A stretch of 64,000 nucleotides of DNA from an uncultured Actinomycetes bacterium. Lineage in GTDB: Bacteria > Actinomycetota > Actinomycetes > Nanopelagicales > Nanopelagicaceae. The stretch lies in contig CAIMVH010000044.1 in the NCBI GenBank assembly GCA_903844855.1, positions 575 to 64,574 of the forward strand. Direction: 5' to 3'. Numbering within the stretch: the stretch's first letter is position 1; each line of letters starts with the position of its first letter. A program made the position numbers and the translations under genes. The notes under the pieces are model-generated. The model searched no databases. It was not told where the DNA came from and was given only the letters and a program-made list of their open reading frames with translations. This document shows positions 17,965 to 27,753 of the stretch, piece after piece.

Positions 17965-19425
17965 CTAATCACGCTCGCGCCGTTTTCTGGTCACGCTAGC
18001 CAGGCCTCCGACAAGCGCGAATACCACGGTCAACGTAGTTGCACTGCCTCCAGGTATTCGATCCGATGGGCTGGTTGCCTTTCCTGCAAAGACTTCTTGG
18101 GTAATCACGGCCGGCTTGAAAATCTCGGTCTCTTGCGAGATCTCACCTGAAGAATCGATAAAGGCGCTTACCCCTGATGTGGAGATGGAAATGATGGGAC
18201 GAGCGTGTTCAATACTGCGCACTCGGGAGATGGCTAATTGCTGAGCGCTCTGTGGGGTGGATCCAAAGGTGGCGCTGTTGGTCTGAACCGCCAGGATTCC
18301 TGCACGTGCGCTTTTTTCGGTCAACAATTGGTCGTCGAGAACCTCAAAGCAGATGACTGGTGTAATAAAGGCTCCCTTGAGTGAGTACACCTCCTCTGCG
18401 CTACCAGGGGTCATATCCTCGATTCGTTGGGCAGAATCGGTGATCAACTCGGCGATCGCGCGAAGAGGGAGATACTCGCCAAATGGCGCAAGGTGACGTT
18501 TCGTATATATGGAGCTCTCATCAACCCCCTCCGAGGGATCAACCCAGAGGGAAATATTGCGCAACCCAGAACCCGCGGTGCGCGAAACTCCCCCCAGCAG
18601 AATGGGCTTTCCTATTGTTTGCGAGGTTCCTTCGATCGCGTCCCTTGCTGGCGGAGTGAGCGGATCTACATCAGATGCGTTCTCTGGCCAAACCACCAGG
18701 TCGCTAGAAGGAATATTCGGATCACCTAGTGTGAGCTTGATGTGATTTCGTAAGACTGCTTCTCGTTGTGCATTGAAATCCAATCCTAATCGCGGCACGT
18801 TGCCTTGAACGCCAGAGATGGTGATGCTCTCCCCTGACTCGGTATGTGTAACAGGAACGAGAGTGCAGAGAATTGTTGATGCGATGATCGTCAATACAGT
18901 AGAGGATGCCTTTAATCGCTCCCCTAGAGAGAGTAAATGAAGGAATTGATAGATCATGAAAGCGAGGAGAACGTTCGCGATCACGATTAATGTGGGACCA
19001 CCCCAATACGCAAAATTCAGCGTGGGACCACTTCCGATAAAACCAATGCGACTCCAGCCGAACCCTCCGTACGGAGCGCGAGAGATGAGCCACTCCCCCG
19101 CTAACCACGCCGCCAAATATCCCCACCTAGATCCGCTTCGCCATAGGAGGAAGGGCAGCGTGAAGAAGAGCGCCTCGGCGAGGGCCAGAATGAGCCAAGG
19201 TGCGGCGCCCACATAAACACTTGTCCAGTGAAGATGAATGACTTCGAGAGTCAAGGCAGCGAGGAAGACGTATTGATAGCCGCGTCGACTATCAATACGT
19301 GAGATAGCAAAAATGAGAGCTACGCCGATGGGAGCAAGCCACCATAAATACCATGGCGCAAAGGCGAAGGAGAGGGAGGCACCAGCCAAGACAGACAGTA
19401 GGAATCTTCCCAAACGATGAGACAT
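17965..19425 (-). CDS. lnt: Apolipoprotein N-acyltransferase
   Basis: N-terminal polytopic membrane domain plus a C-terminal CN-hydrolase domain (VVWPE...; ICFE). Confidence 0.8.
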   Translation of the reverse strand: MSHRLGRFLLSVLAGASLSFAFAPWYLWWLAPIGVALIFAISRIDSRRGYQYVFLAALTLEVIHLHWTSVYVGAAPWLILALAEALFFTLPFLLWRSGSRWGYLAAWLAGEWLISRAPYGGFGWSRIGFIGSGPTLNFAYWGGPTLIVIANVLLAFMIYQFLHLLSLGERLKASSTVLTIIASTILCTLVPVTHTESGESITISGVQGNVPRLGLDFNAQREAVLRNHIKLTLGDPNIPSSDLVVWPENASDVDPLTPPARDAIEGTSQTIGKPILLGGVSRTAGSGLRNISLWVDPSEGVDESSIYTKRHLAPFGEYLPLRAIAELITDSAQRIEDMTPGSAEEVYSLKGAFITPVICFEVLDDQLLTEKSARAGILAVQTNSATFGSTPQSAQQLAISRVRSIEHARPIISISTSGVSAFIDSSGEISQETEIFKPAVITQEVFAGKATSPSDRIPGGSATTLTVVFALVGGLASVTRKRRERD

Positions 19426-19426
19426 C

Positions 19427-20317
19427 TTAACGCGCCAAAGCTGCGAAGAGTCGATCTACGCTCGCACCGAGTCCAAACTCCTTCTGAAGTTTCTTCATGT
19501 GCGTAGTGTCCCACTCTTCTGGTCGATTGAGATCGAGGTGAGGCAATGGAACATCAATAGCACAAGCCACCACTCGCGGTGCGCGCTCTAAGTAATCTAA
19601 CCCAGAGAGAATCTTTTTCTGTATCGGAAGCGGAAGGCGATCGTGACCTTCGTGGGCTGCGGTCACGATCTCATCTACGGAATCGAATGCATTTGCTAAA
19701 AGCGCTGCACTCTTCTCGCCGATTCCGTTAACTCCAGGTAAACCATCTGAAGGGTCTCCCCTCAGTAGGGCAAAGAGCCCGTAGCGTTTTCCTGGGATTC
19801 CATACTTATTCTCAATCCATTTCTCGTCTACGACGTCATGAGCAGAAACACCCTTTGCTAAGTAGGCAACCTTGATGCTTCGTTCATCATCGACCAGTTG
19901 AAAGAGGTCTCGATCTCCAGTTACCACCATCACAGGTCGAGTGCTGACATGTGCAAGGCTCGCAATTACGTCATCTGCCTCGTAGTTGGATACTCCTATG
20001 AGTGGAAAACCGGCCGCAGCAAAGAGTTCCAGCAAGATGGGGATCTGCGCACTCATCGATTCCTCGACCGCCTCATCGTCTGCATCTACTCGATGAGCCT
20101 TGTACTCAGGTATGAGTTCAACTCTCCACGAGGGACGCCAATCACTATCTAGGCAGACTGCGATCTCAGCGGGATCGTATTTTGTGATGAGCCGCGCCAC
20201 CATGTCAGTAACCCCACGTATCAGGTGGACGGGCATGCCCTCTGGGGAGACCAAGGTATCTGGCATCCCGAAATAGGCGCGATACCAAAGCGAGGCAGTG
20301 TCGAGAAGCAATTTCAT
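19427..20317 (-). CDS. 5'-3' exonuclease (FEN/Pol I N-terminal-like, Rv2090-like)
   Basis: LLLDTASLWYRAYF, a TGDRDLFQLV motif and the H3TH region GIGEKSAALL. Confidence 0.8.
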   Translation of the reverse strand: MKLLLDTASLWYRAYFGMPDTLVSPEGMPVHLIRGVTDMVARLITKYDPAEIAVCLDSDWRPSWRVELIPEYKAHRVDADDEAVEESMSAQIPILLELFAAAGFPLIGVSNYEADDVIASLAHVSTRPVMVVTGDRDLFQLVDDERSIKVAYLAKGVSAHDVVDEKWIENKYGIPGKRYGLFALLRGDPSDGLPGVNGIGEKSAALLANAFDSVDEIVTAAHEGHDRLPLPIQKKILSGLDYLERAPRVVACAIDVPLPHLDLNRPEEWDTTHMKKLQKEFGLGASVDRLFAALAR

Positions 20318-22971
20318 AGGAGAGCCAGGTTAGCAACTACCCCTCGGCGAAGACGACCGATGGCTTCCTTCGCATTTCGCGAAACCGGGAGATCTAAAGA
20401 GGCTATCTGGCCAAGGAAGTCAATGAGTTGATTCGTGTTACGTACAAAGTCTCCAGCGGAAATGTCGCACTCTTTCAGCACGCCCTCGAGCGAATTACCG
20501 AGAGCCCATCGGTAGATTGGATGAGCAAATCCAGCATCAATCTCTCGAGCGTGCGGAAGCGAGTGGCGTGCTTCCACATCGCCGAGGTTTGCCCACTCGC
20601 GTACGACAGAAACGACCACATCACGCACTCGGCCAGAGGGCATTTTTGGCGAGAGGCGATCTTCCCCCCGTCCTTCGTAGGTGAAGAGGGATGCGACAGC
20701 GGCCAACTCGGCAGGATCGAGATCGTCCCATAATCCCTTTTCAAGACAGAGGACGGTAAGCAGATCAAAATCGGAGTAAATCTTTCGTAAGGCAAGTCCC
20801 TTGTCGGTGACTACTCCATCGCTCAAATATTCAAGCTCTTCGAGGACACGACAGATCCGATCGAATTTTCGGGCAATCACATGGGTACGAGTCGAGACTT
20901 GGTCGCGCAAGAGAGCAATCTCCTTCATCGCCTTATTCCGCCTCTCCCCCCATCGTGCGTGATCCTCGCGGTCCGGACAGTTGTGGCAATCGTGCTTGCG
21001 CATTTCATGGCGAAGATGGAGCAGCTCTGCGTCATCCTCGGCGGAAGGTCGCTCCTTATTGCGCTTCTCCAACTGCAAACCATGTAATTCCTTTGCCAAG
21101 TCTTTACGACCTCTGGAGCTTCTGGCATCAAAGTGTCCCGGAATCTTAAGGCGTGCCACTACTTCGACGGGGTCACGAAAATCTTGCAATGAGAGACGCG
21201 CTACGTGTTTATCTATCGTAAGAATGGATGGACGCAGACCATCAAAGCCCACACCCACACCTGGGTCGAGCACGATCCCAAAGCCTGCGCGTCGACCAGC
21301 GGAAATAATGATGACATCTCCGCGCTTGAGCAGTTCTAGGGAGCGAGCCACTTCGGCGCGTCTGGCTTGTGAGCCGCGCTTGGTAAGTTCTTGCTCGCGC
21401 TGCTTTATGGAGCTGCGCAAATTGGCGTACTCCGAGAAATCACCAAGGTGACACTCCATCGATCGCTCAAATCCACGTATACCCTCATCGTGTCGCTGAA
21501 TATTTCGCGCGATACCCACCACTGATTTATCAGCTTGGAATTGCGCAAAGGAGGTTTCTAGTGAATTGCGGGCACGATCGCGACCTAGTCGTTCAATCAA
21601 ATTTATGGACATGTTGTAAGTGGGTTGAAAAGCAGATCTGAGGGGGTAAGTACGAGTAGAAGCTAAACCAGCAATGCTTTTTCCGTCTTGACCATCTGCC
21701 CAGAGAACAACAGCGTGGCCCTCAATATCAATTCCACGACGACCTGCGCGCCCAGTGAGCTGGGTGAACTCTCCTGGAGAGATGTCAACGTGGCCCTCGC
21801 CATTCCATTTGACCAACCTTTCCAGGACGACAGATTTTGCTGGCATATTAATTCCAAGAGCCAGAGTTTCGGTAGCAAAAACCACCTTAATCAAACCTTG
21901 CTGGAAGAGCTCTTCTACCGTCTCTTTGAAGACCGGAATAAGGCCCGCATGGTGGGCGGCCACACCGCGTTCCAGAGCGTCTTGCCATTCGAGGAATCCG
22001 AGGATTCCCAAGTCCTCAGGGGGAAGACCAGAACACTTATCTTGGATAACGGTCCTGATCTGTGAACGTTCTTCCTGCGTTGTTAATTTGATTCCAGAAT
22101 TAAGAATTTGACGTACCGCGGCCTCACAACCAGCACGAGAGAAGATAAAAGTTATTCCCGGTAGGAGGCCTTCGGCTTCTAGAAGCGCTACCACTTCACT
22201 TCTTGACGGCGTATACGCGCGCCTGAACCCCTTGGCACTTCCCCGTTCAGCATTGCGACCCGCTCTGACTAGCTCGCGATTAACCTCGCCGTCTTCCTCG
22301 AAGAGGTTATAAAGCGTGCTACCAACCATGACGTGTTGCCACAGCGGAACAGGTCTTGTTTCACTGACAATCGTCTCTGTTCGACCTCGCACGGATTCGA
22401 TCCATTCGCCGAACTCTTCAGCATTAGAGACCGTTGCCGACAAGGAGACCACAGTGACTTGCTCCGGCAGGTGAATAATCACCTCTTCCCAGACAGGGCC
22501 GCGGAACTTATCGCCCAAGTAGTGCACCTCATCAAGCACCACATATTCAAGATCGTCAAGTGTGCTTGATCCCGCATAAATCATATTCCGCAGTACTTCA
22601 GTGGTCATCACGACAATCGATGCCTCACCGTTTATTGATAAATCGCCTGTGAGCAGCCCGACATTCGCGTTTCCATACGTTTCTACAAACTCTGCGTATT
22701 TCTGATTCGATAGGGCTTTTATGGGGGTGGTATAAAAGCATTTCATGCCGTGCTCCATGGCGAGAAAAGCGGCGAACTCCCCCACGATAGTTTTACCAGC
22801 TCCTGTCGGCGCGGCGACTAAAACTGCCCTGCCTTGCTCCAACGAGATACACGAGTCCGCTTGGAAGTCATCCAATTCAAAGTCGTAACTTTTGCGGAAT
22901 CTTCCAAAGAGTGTGCTCTCTACTTGTGATCGTTTCTTTGCGGCCGCGTACTTCTCCGCGGGCGAGGTCAT
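20314..22971 (-). CDS. helY: Ski2-like DEAD/DEAH-box helicase HelY
   Basis: Motif I APTGAGKT, DEVH box, SAT, and a C-terminal DSHCT-like domain. 885 aa. Confidence 0.85.
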   Translation of the reverse strand: MTSPAEKYAAAKKRSQVESTLFGRFRKSYDFELDDFQADSCISLEQGRAVLVAAPTGAGKTIVGEFAAFLAMEHGMKCFYTTPIKALSNQKYAEFVETYGNANVGLLTGDLSINGEASIVVMTTEVLRNMIYAGSSTLDDLEYVVLDEVHYLGDKFRGPVWEEVIIHLPEQVTVVSLSATVSNAEEFGEWIESVRGRTETIVSETRPVPLWQHVMVGSTLYNLFEEDGEVNRELVRAGRNAERGSAKGFRRAYTPSRSEVVALLEAEGLLPGITFIFSRAGCEAAVRQILNSGIKLTTQEERSQIRTVIQDKCSGLPPEDLGILGFLEWQDALERGVAAHHAGLIPVFKETVEELFQQGLIKVVFATETLALGINMPAKSVVLERLVKWNGEGHVDISPGEFTQLTGRAGRRGIDIEGHAVVLWADGQDGKSIAGLASTRTYPLRSAFQPTYNMSINLIERLGRDRARNSLETSFAQFQADKSVVGIARNIQRHDEGIRGFERSMECHLGDFSEYANLRSSIKQREQELTKRGSQARRAEVARSLELLKRGDVIIISAGRRAGFGIVLDPGVGVGFDGLRPSILTIDKHVARLSLQDFRDPVEVVARLKIPGHFDARSSRGRKDLAKELHGLQLEKRNKERPSAEDDAELLHLRHEMRKHDCHNCPDREDHARWGERRNKAMKEIALLRDQVSTRTHVIARKFDRICRVLEELEYLSDGVVTDKGLALRKIYSDFDLLTVLCLEKGLWDDLDPAELAAVASLFTYEGRGEDRLSPKMPSGRVRDVVVSVVREWANLGDVEARHSLPHAREIDAGFAHPIYRWALGNSLEGVLKECDISAGDFVRNTNQLIDFLGQIASLDLPVSRNAKEAIGRLRRGVVANLALL

Positions 22972-23819
22972 CCGGCTCGCAAAATGGTGAGAGCTGCAGG
23001 GGCGACTCGGGCTTCAAGAGGTAGCGCGCCCATTCTTTCGCCGTCGGCATACCCAATGGCGTTTGCTTCGATGCGAACGTGCGCCGCTCGGTGAATCTCT
23101 ACCGCAGGATGAATTATATGACGACCTTTGTAGACACTGGGAAAGACCTTGAGAAATTCTGGCTTACTGACGGCATTCAGAATCATGACATCAAAGAGTC
23201 CATCTTTCATGGAGGCATCTGGGCAGACCAACATGCCGCCCCCATACGAAGGGGCATTTGCGACAGCAACAAGCATCGCATCTCTCTTCAATTCGATACC
23301 GTCAAGATGGAGAGTAAATGGAATGGGAGAGAACTTTGGTAGCTCTTGCAGCATCGCTACGTTGTAGCGCATAGGCCCTTTGGGCCATCGTACTTTGTTG
23401 GCACGCTCGTTGACTGCAGCATCAAAACCCGAAGAGAGAATAGCTCCAAAGTAGCGATCCGCAAGTTTGCCTAAGTCTATTCGCTCTTCGACACGCACGT
23501 TATGCAATTGTGCGAGTGGATCTCTCACTTCAATCCCGAGCCCTCGAGCAAAATCGTTGCCTGTACCGGCCGGGATCGGGAGCAGCGTGAGATCGTGTTT
23601 CACGCATCCTTGAATAACGGCGTGCATCATTCCGTCACCACCGCACGCCGCGATGACCCGGCATCCCGCGGCGGCCGCATTATCAACGGCAAGGAGGGTG
23701 TCTTCATACGAGTTCGATCTGTGAGAGATAAGTGGTCTCAATATCTCGGTGGCGGCTAAACCTCGTGAGAGTCCTTTACCACCGCCAGATGTGGGATTGA
23801 GGATGAGTGCAAGCGTCAT
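22968..23819 (-). CDS. Diacylglycerol kinase family lipid kinase
   Basis: DAGK catalytic motif ACGGDGMMH and the NP.SG N-terminus. Confidence 0.75.
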   Translation of the reverse strand: MTLALILNPTSGGGKGLSRGLAATEILRPLISHRSNSYEDTLLAVDNAAAAGCRVIAACGGDGMMHAVIQGCVKHDLTLLPIPAGTGNDFARGLGIEVRDPLAQLHNVRVEERIDLGKLADRYFGAILSSGFDAAVNERANKVRWPKGPMRYNVAMLQELPKFSPIPFTLHLDGIELKRDAMLVAVANAPSYGGGMLVCPDASMKDGLFDVMILNAVSKPEFLKVFPSVYKGRHIIHPAVEIHRAAHVRIEANAIGYADGERMGALPLEARVAPAALTILRAG

Positions 23820-24547
23820 ATCTGGGAGCGTTTTCTACGTCGGCGTTCAATAATCCAGGAAACAAAAACAGCCAAAAAGTAGAGAACAATGAGCGGAGCT
23901 GCCAGGAGCACCATAGTTAGCGGATCTCCAGTGGGGGTGAATATCGCGACGAAGAGAAAAATGCAAAAGACTGCTCCTCGCCACCAGGCCAACATGCGTT
24001 GAACTGTGAGCAAATTAGCAAGAGAGAGCGCAATCATGACGAGAGGAAGCTCGAAAGAGATGCCGAAAACTAGGATCATCCGCAAAACAAAATCGAGATA
24101 ATCGTCAAACTTGATCAAGTTATTTAATGTGCCAGGAGTGAATCCCATAAGGATCTTAATTGCTTGAGGGAGTATCGCGTATGAAAGGTAAGCGCCAGCA
24201 GCAAAGAGCGGTGTGGCTGTAGCCGTAAATATTATTGCCCATTTTTTTTCACGGCGATGAAGGCCCGGGGCAAGGTAGGCCCAGAGTTGATAGAGCCAAA
24301 TAGGGGCAGCGAGGATCACTCCCCCGGTGAGAGCGACTTTCAGTTGTAAATTGAGTGGACCAAGAACGCCATTGATGTAGAGCGACCCGCACGACGTCTT
24401 TGCCTCGTTGAGGTCGCACATCGGAGACGCCAAAAAAGCAATGAGTTGGTCGTAGTAGACCCATCCCACAGAGGTGAGAAGGAGAATCGCTAAGGCCGAG
24501 CGACCGATCCTTCGACGTAATTCTCGAAGATGCTCCGCCAAGGGCAT
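23816..24547 (-). CDS. tatC: Twin-arginine translocase subunit TatC
   Basis: MPLAEHLRELRRR N-terminus and a six-TM profile. The alternative GTG at 24574 would give a GTGA overlap with tatA. Confidence 0.85.
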   Translation of the reverse strand: MPLAEHLRELRRRIGRSALAILLLTSVGWVYYDQLIAFLASPMCDLNEAKTSCGSLYINGVLGPLNLQLKVALTGGVILAAPIWLYQLWAYLAPGLHRREKKWAIIFTATATPLFAAGAYLSYAILPQAIKILMGFTPGTLNNLIKFDDYLDFVLRMILVFGISFELPLVMIALSLANLLTVQRMLAWWRGAVFCIFLFVAIFTPTGDPLTMVLLAAPLIVLYFLAVFVSWIIERRRRKRSQI

Positions 24548-24570
24548 CCGACCCTCACGCGAGCCAGCTT

Positions 24571-24744
24571 TCACTGCTCAGAGCTGTCGCTTTCCTTCTT
24601 GGGATCTGGGTCCTTGATTTCATTTCGGAAAATCTTGAGTGAGCGTCCCAGCGCCTTAGCGCTGTCGGGGAGACGCTTTGCTCCGAAGAGCACCACGACG
24701 ACCACAATAAGAACGACCCATGTGCCTGGTCTCTCTAATCCCAT
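24571..24744 (-). CDS. tatA: Twin-arginine translocase subunit TatA (57 aa, below the ORF-track cutoff)
   Basis: Manual translation: [45 protein letters not shown].... The FGAKRLP hinge motif is diagnostic. Confidence 0.8.
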   Translation of the reverse strand: MGLERPGTWVVLIVVVVVLFGAKRLPDSAKALGRSLKIFRNEIKDPDPKKESDSSEQ

Positions 24745-24786
24745 AGCCAAACCCTCTCTCGGAATACAACTGGCAGTGAGAACAGC

Positions 24787-24936
24787 CTACTGCCTCTTTA
24801 CTTGGCCCTGGATGGTGGAAATCTCCGCACGGAGGCGCTTTCCACTGCGCCATACGCGGCGAATCAAGAGGAGATTGACCACAGTTCCCAGCACCAAAAT
24901 AGCGAGGAAGATGGCTGCCCAACCCCAAAAGTTCAT
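24787..24936 (-). CDS. Putative 49-aa single-TM small protein between pafC and tatA
   Basis: Manual translation: MNFWGWAAIFLAILVLGTVVNLLLIRRVWRSGKRLRAEISTIQGQVKRQ. Its ATG overlaps the pafC stop (ATGA). Confidence 0.4.
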   Translation of the reverse strand: MNFWGWAAIFLAILVLGTVVNLLLIRRVWRSGKRLRAEISTIQGQVKRQ

Positions 24937-25901
24937 ATACGTAATCTACTCGGTCCGGCATATACGTCCTGTATCTGCAGCCGAAGCCGGGCTAGGTGGG
25001 TCTTGACTTCCTCAAGCTCTAGACCCTCTCCCATGAGGCGTACCCCTGATCCGAAAGCCAGCACTACCCGAGCTGCAAACGCTGGCTCAAAATACTTGAA
25101 TTCGAGGACCACCTGCCCCTCGGAGGTGCCCATCTGGACGGCATTGACCCGATCAGCCAAGAAGGCTCGCTCCCTTGGAACTGCAATCCTGAGGGTATGC
25201 GATGAAGGTTCTGTGAGAGTGAGCAAGGGCGTCTCGAGTGCAGACCTCTCCCCCAAGTGCGCCTCAGAAAAGCGATCGAGTCGGAAGGCCTTCCGAAGGT
25301 GATCACCGTGATCAACTGCCGCTACATAGGCATGTCCATCTCTGGTGACCACTTGCAATGGCGTGAGTCCGCGCTCCGTTAGTTCACCGCCACGCACTCC
25401 TTGATAAGTGCCAATCAGGTCCCTTCCCTCTGAGATGGCTCGCAGAACTAAAACGCGGAGCTCGCCAACGCGAGCGGAAGGAGTCTCTCGCTCTACACGG
25501 ATGGCGCCATCGATCACAGGGCTTGCGTGCAACGAATCTGAAAGTTTACTCCGAACAGAATCTACGATTATCAGTGTGGATGGATCAACTTCTGCAGAAA
25601 GCAGTTCTAACCCTAAGAGAATCTCAGTTACTTCAAGTGGAGTCAGGTTAAGTGGGCGTACTAAATTCTGCGGTTCAATAATCTCGATAAATCCGGATTC
25701 AAAATTCATATCGATTAATTCGAGATGCGAATGTCCAGGTAGACCGCAGACCCAAAGCAAATTCAGATCATCTAGCAATTGTTTTTCGCTGATTTCTAAA
25801 TCGCGCGCCACTTCTGATATTTCTAGAGAGGGATTTGAATACAGCATAGGAATCAGGTTGATAAGACGCCCGTAGCGGACGAGCGAAGTCTCACGAGCCA
25901 T
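24933..25901 (-). CDS. pafC: HTH-WYL domain regulator PafC
   Basis: Second of two paralogous HTH+WYL proteins downstream of pafA and upstream of tatA. The start is set to ATG 25901 (MARETSLVRYGRL...). Confidence 0.7.
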   Translation of the reverse strand: MARETSLVRYGRLINLIPMLYSNPSLEISEVARDLEISEKQLLDDLNLLWVCGLPGHSHLELIDMNFESGFIEIIEPQNLVRPLNLTPLEVTEILLGLELLSAEVDPSTLIIVDSVRSKLSDSLHASPVIDGAIRVERETPSARVGELRVLVLRAISEGRDLIGTYQGVRGGELTERGLTPLQVVTRDGHAYVAAVDHGDHLRKAFRLDRFSEAHLGERSALETPLLTLTEPSSHTLRIAVPRERAFLADRVNAVQMGTSEGQVVLEFKYFEPAFAARVVLAFGSGVRLMGEGLELEEVKTHLARLRLQIQDVYAGPSRLRI

Positions 25902-26820
25902 GGGAAGCACCCAGCATTTGCAAGACCGCAGCTCTGGCATCCTTGGGGGCCAAGACCTCCACGATTGGGACGAGGGTCAGAAGTTCAAAAAGAAATTCGA
26001 TTTCGTCATCCACATTTACCGACAGCGTGGCAGATCCGTCCTGGTGGAGTGTTGATTCAATAGCTCTATTTCGTAGTGAAGCTAAGGCTCCCCCACTCGC
26101 AACGACTGTGAACACTCTCGCTTCTCCGACATCTCTAGAAAGATGCTTCGAAGAGTCGAAATCGGGGGGAATGACGAAAGACCCCTCATGCCCCTGCGAT
26201 GTGAGGCCTCCAAGGAATCGAGAAAGAACAAAGGTGCGAATCTCATTTCGATCCTTATCGAAGCCCACGACATACCAGCGCTGCGCACGGAAGTGCATGG
26301 CGTAAGGTTTTAATAGGCGTACATCGACGTGGCCGTCGCGCCGGCGATAATCAAATGAAATGGCTTGGCGAGCGATAATGGCCTCAGCAACGAGGCGCCA
26401 CGAAGGCGTATAGGCGATATCCACCCTGTTATCGATGACATCGAGTACGGGAACACCTGCTCCTCGCAGCTTGAGAATTGTGTTTACTGAGATTCCGGAA
26501 AAGCCGGATCGTTTCCATGCATCTGCGGCGACCGCGAGCAGCGCAGATTCTTCATGGGTGAGGTGGAGTGCGGGTAGCCCATACTCATCAGGGAAAATGC
26601 GGTACCCAGAATCCATTCCGGCCTCAAGATCTACGACTGAGATAGGAACGCCCAGCTGGCGAAGGTCGTCCTTATCCCGTTCAAACATACGGTCGCATGA
26701 CTCCGCGGTTCCGTCATACCCCTGGACCAGCGTGAATATTTCAGCCTTGCGAAGTGGGCGCTTCGTGGCTAAGAGGGCCATCGTTAGATTGACGAGACGT
26801 TCGCTCTTTTCTACGGACAC
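25891..26820 (-). CDS. pafB: HTH-WYL domain regulator PafB
   Basis: N-terminal HTH (ERLVNLTMALLATKRPLRKAEI) and a WYL domain (RWYVVGFD). It overlaps the pafC start. Confidence 0.7.
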   Translation of the reverse strand: MSVEKSERLVNLTMALLATKRPLRKAEIFTLVQGYDGTAESCDRMFERDKDDLRQLGVPISVVDLEAGMDSGYRIFPDEYGLPALHLTHEESALLAVAADAWKRSGFSGISVNTILKLRGAGVPVLDVIDNRVDIAYTPSWRLVAEAIIARQAISFDYRRRDGHVDVRLLKPYAMHFRAQRWYVVGFDKDRNEIRTFVLSRFLGGLTSQGHEGSFVIPPDFDSSKHLSRDVGEARVFTVVASGGALASLRNRAIESTLHQDGSATLSVNVDDEIEFLFELLTLVPIVEVLAPKDARAAVLQMLGASHGS

Positions 26821-26884
26821 AAAATCAACTTACCCCAGGAGCGGGGCGTTCAATAGCGCGACATTAGATGGGTATTATCTTCGC

Positions 26885-27394
26885 ATGCGTAGATCTCATC
26901 CTTTATCGATTGCCCTTACCGCGTTCACTGCCCTCACGCTCCTGACTGCCTGCACTTCGCAGCCGGAGAGTCTGGCCACGTTCGCACCATCACAGAGCGA
27001 TCCCGCGGCATTTCCGGCAGTTTCCGGAGATGCAGGTGCCGAACCTGTCATCTCAACACCGAGTGGCACCCCGCCCACTGAACTGATGACGCGAGATCTC
27101 ATTAAAGGCTCCGGCCCAGCAGCCACACCCGACTCCACGGTGACCGTTCATTACGTCGGGGTCTCGTGGTCAGATGGCGCCATCTTTGATAGTTCCTGGA
27201 AGCGCGGAACCCCCGCAGAGTTTTCACTCACACAGGTAATTTCCGGCTGGGCCCAAGGTCTCACAGGAGCGCAAGTCGGTGCTCGCCGCCAAATCATCAT
27301 CCCACCCGCTCTTGGCTACGGTGAAAGTGGCCAAGGCTCAATACAACCAAATGAAACTCTGGTATTTGTCGTCGACATCTTGGGAGTGAAGTAA
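26885..27394 (+). CDS. FKBP-type peptidyl-prolyl isomerase, lipoprotein
   Basis: Signal peptide with lipobox LLTAC and an FKBP domain (VHYVGVSWSDGAIFDSSW...GWAQGL...IPPALGYG). The ORF part upstream of 26885 is antisense to pafB. Confidence 0.8.
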   Translation: MRRSHPLSIALTAFTALTLLTACTSQPESLATFAPSQSDPAAFPAVSGDAGAEPVISTPSGTPPTELMTRDLIKGSGPAATPDSTVTVHYVGVSWSDGAIFDSSWKRGTPAEFSLTQVISGWAQGLTGAQVGARRQIIIPPALGYGESGQGSIQPNETLVFVVDILGVK

Positions 27395-27753
27395 TGCTAG
27401 ATAAACCAGAAATCGAATTTCCTGATTTTCCTGCACCTACCGATTTGGTGATCGAAGACCTCGTGATCGGCGAAGGCGACGAAGCTATGGCAGGTGGGCG
27501 TGTGCGTGTCCACTACATGGGGGTAGCGTATTCAACGGGTGAAGAATTTGATTCCTCTTGGTCGCGCAATGAACCGATTACTTTTGGACTTCATCAAGTG
27601 ATTGCTGGTTGGCAGATGGGTATCCCCGGCATGAAAGTAGGGGGTCGGCGAAAGTTGATCATTCCACCTCATCTTGGTTATGGCGATAGAGGTGCAGGTG
27701 CAGCAATTAAGCCTGGCGAGACACTTATCTTTGTTGTTGACCTGCTCGGGTAA
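27394..27753 (+). CDS. FKBP-type peptidyl-prolyl isomerase, cytoplasmic
   Basis: FKBP domain (VHYMGVAYSTGEEFDSSW...GWQMGIPGMKVGGRRKLIIPPHLGYG). Confidence 0.85.
   Translation: MLDKPEIEFPDFPAPTDLVIEDLVIGEGDEAMAGGRVRVHYMGVAYSTGEEFDSSWSRNEPITFGLHQVIAGWQMGIPGMKVGGRRKLIIPPHLGYGDRGAGAAIKPGETLIFVVDLLG

Noticed and set aside
26435-26884. A 150-codon N-terminal extension of the FKBP lipoprotein ORF (the listed ORF starts at 26435).
   Set aside because: The extension is antisense to pafB and is low-complexity. A canonical signal peptide with lipobox (LLTAC) begins at ATG 26885, which gives a normal-sized FKBP lipoprotein.
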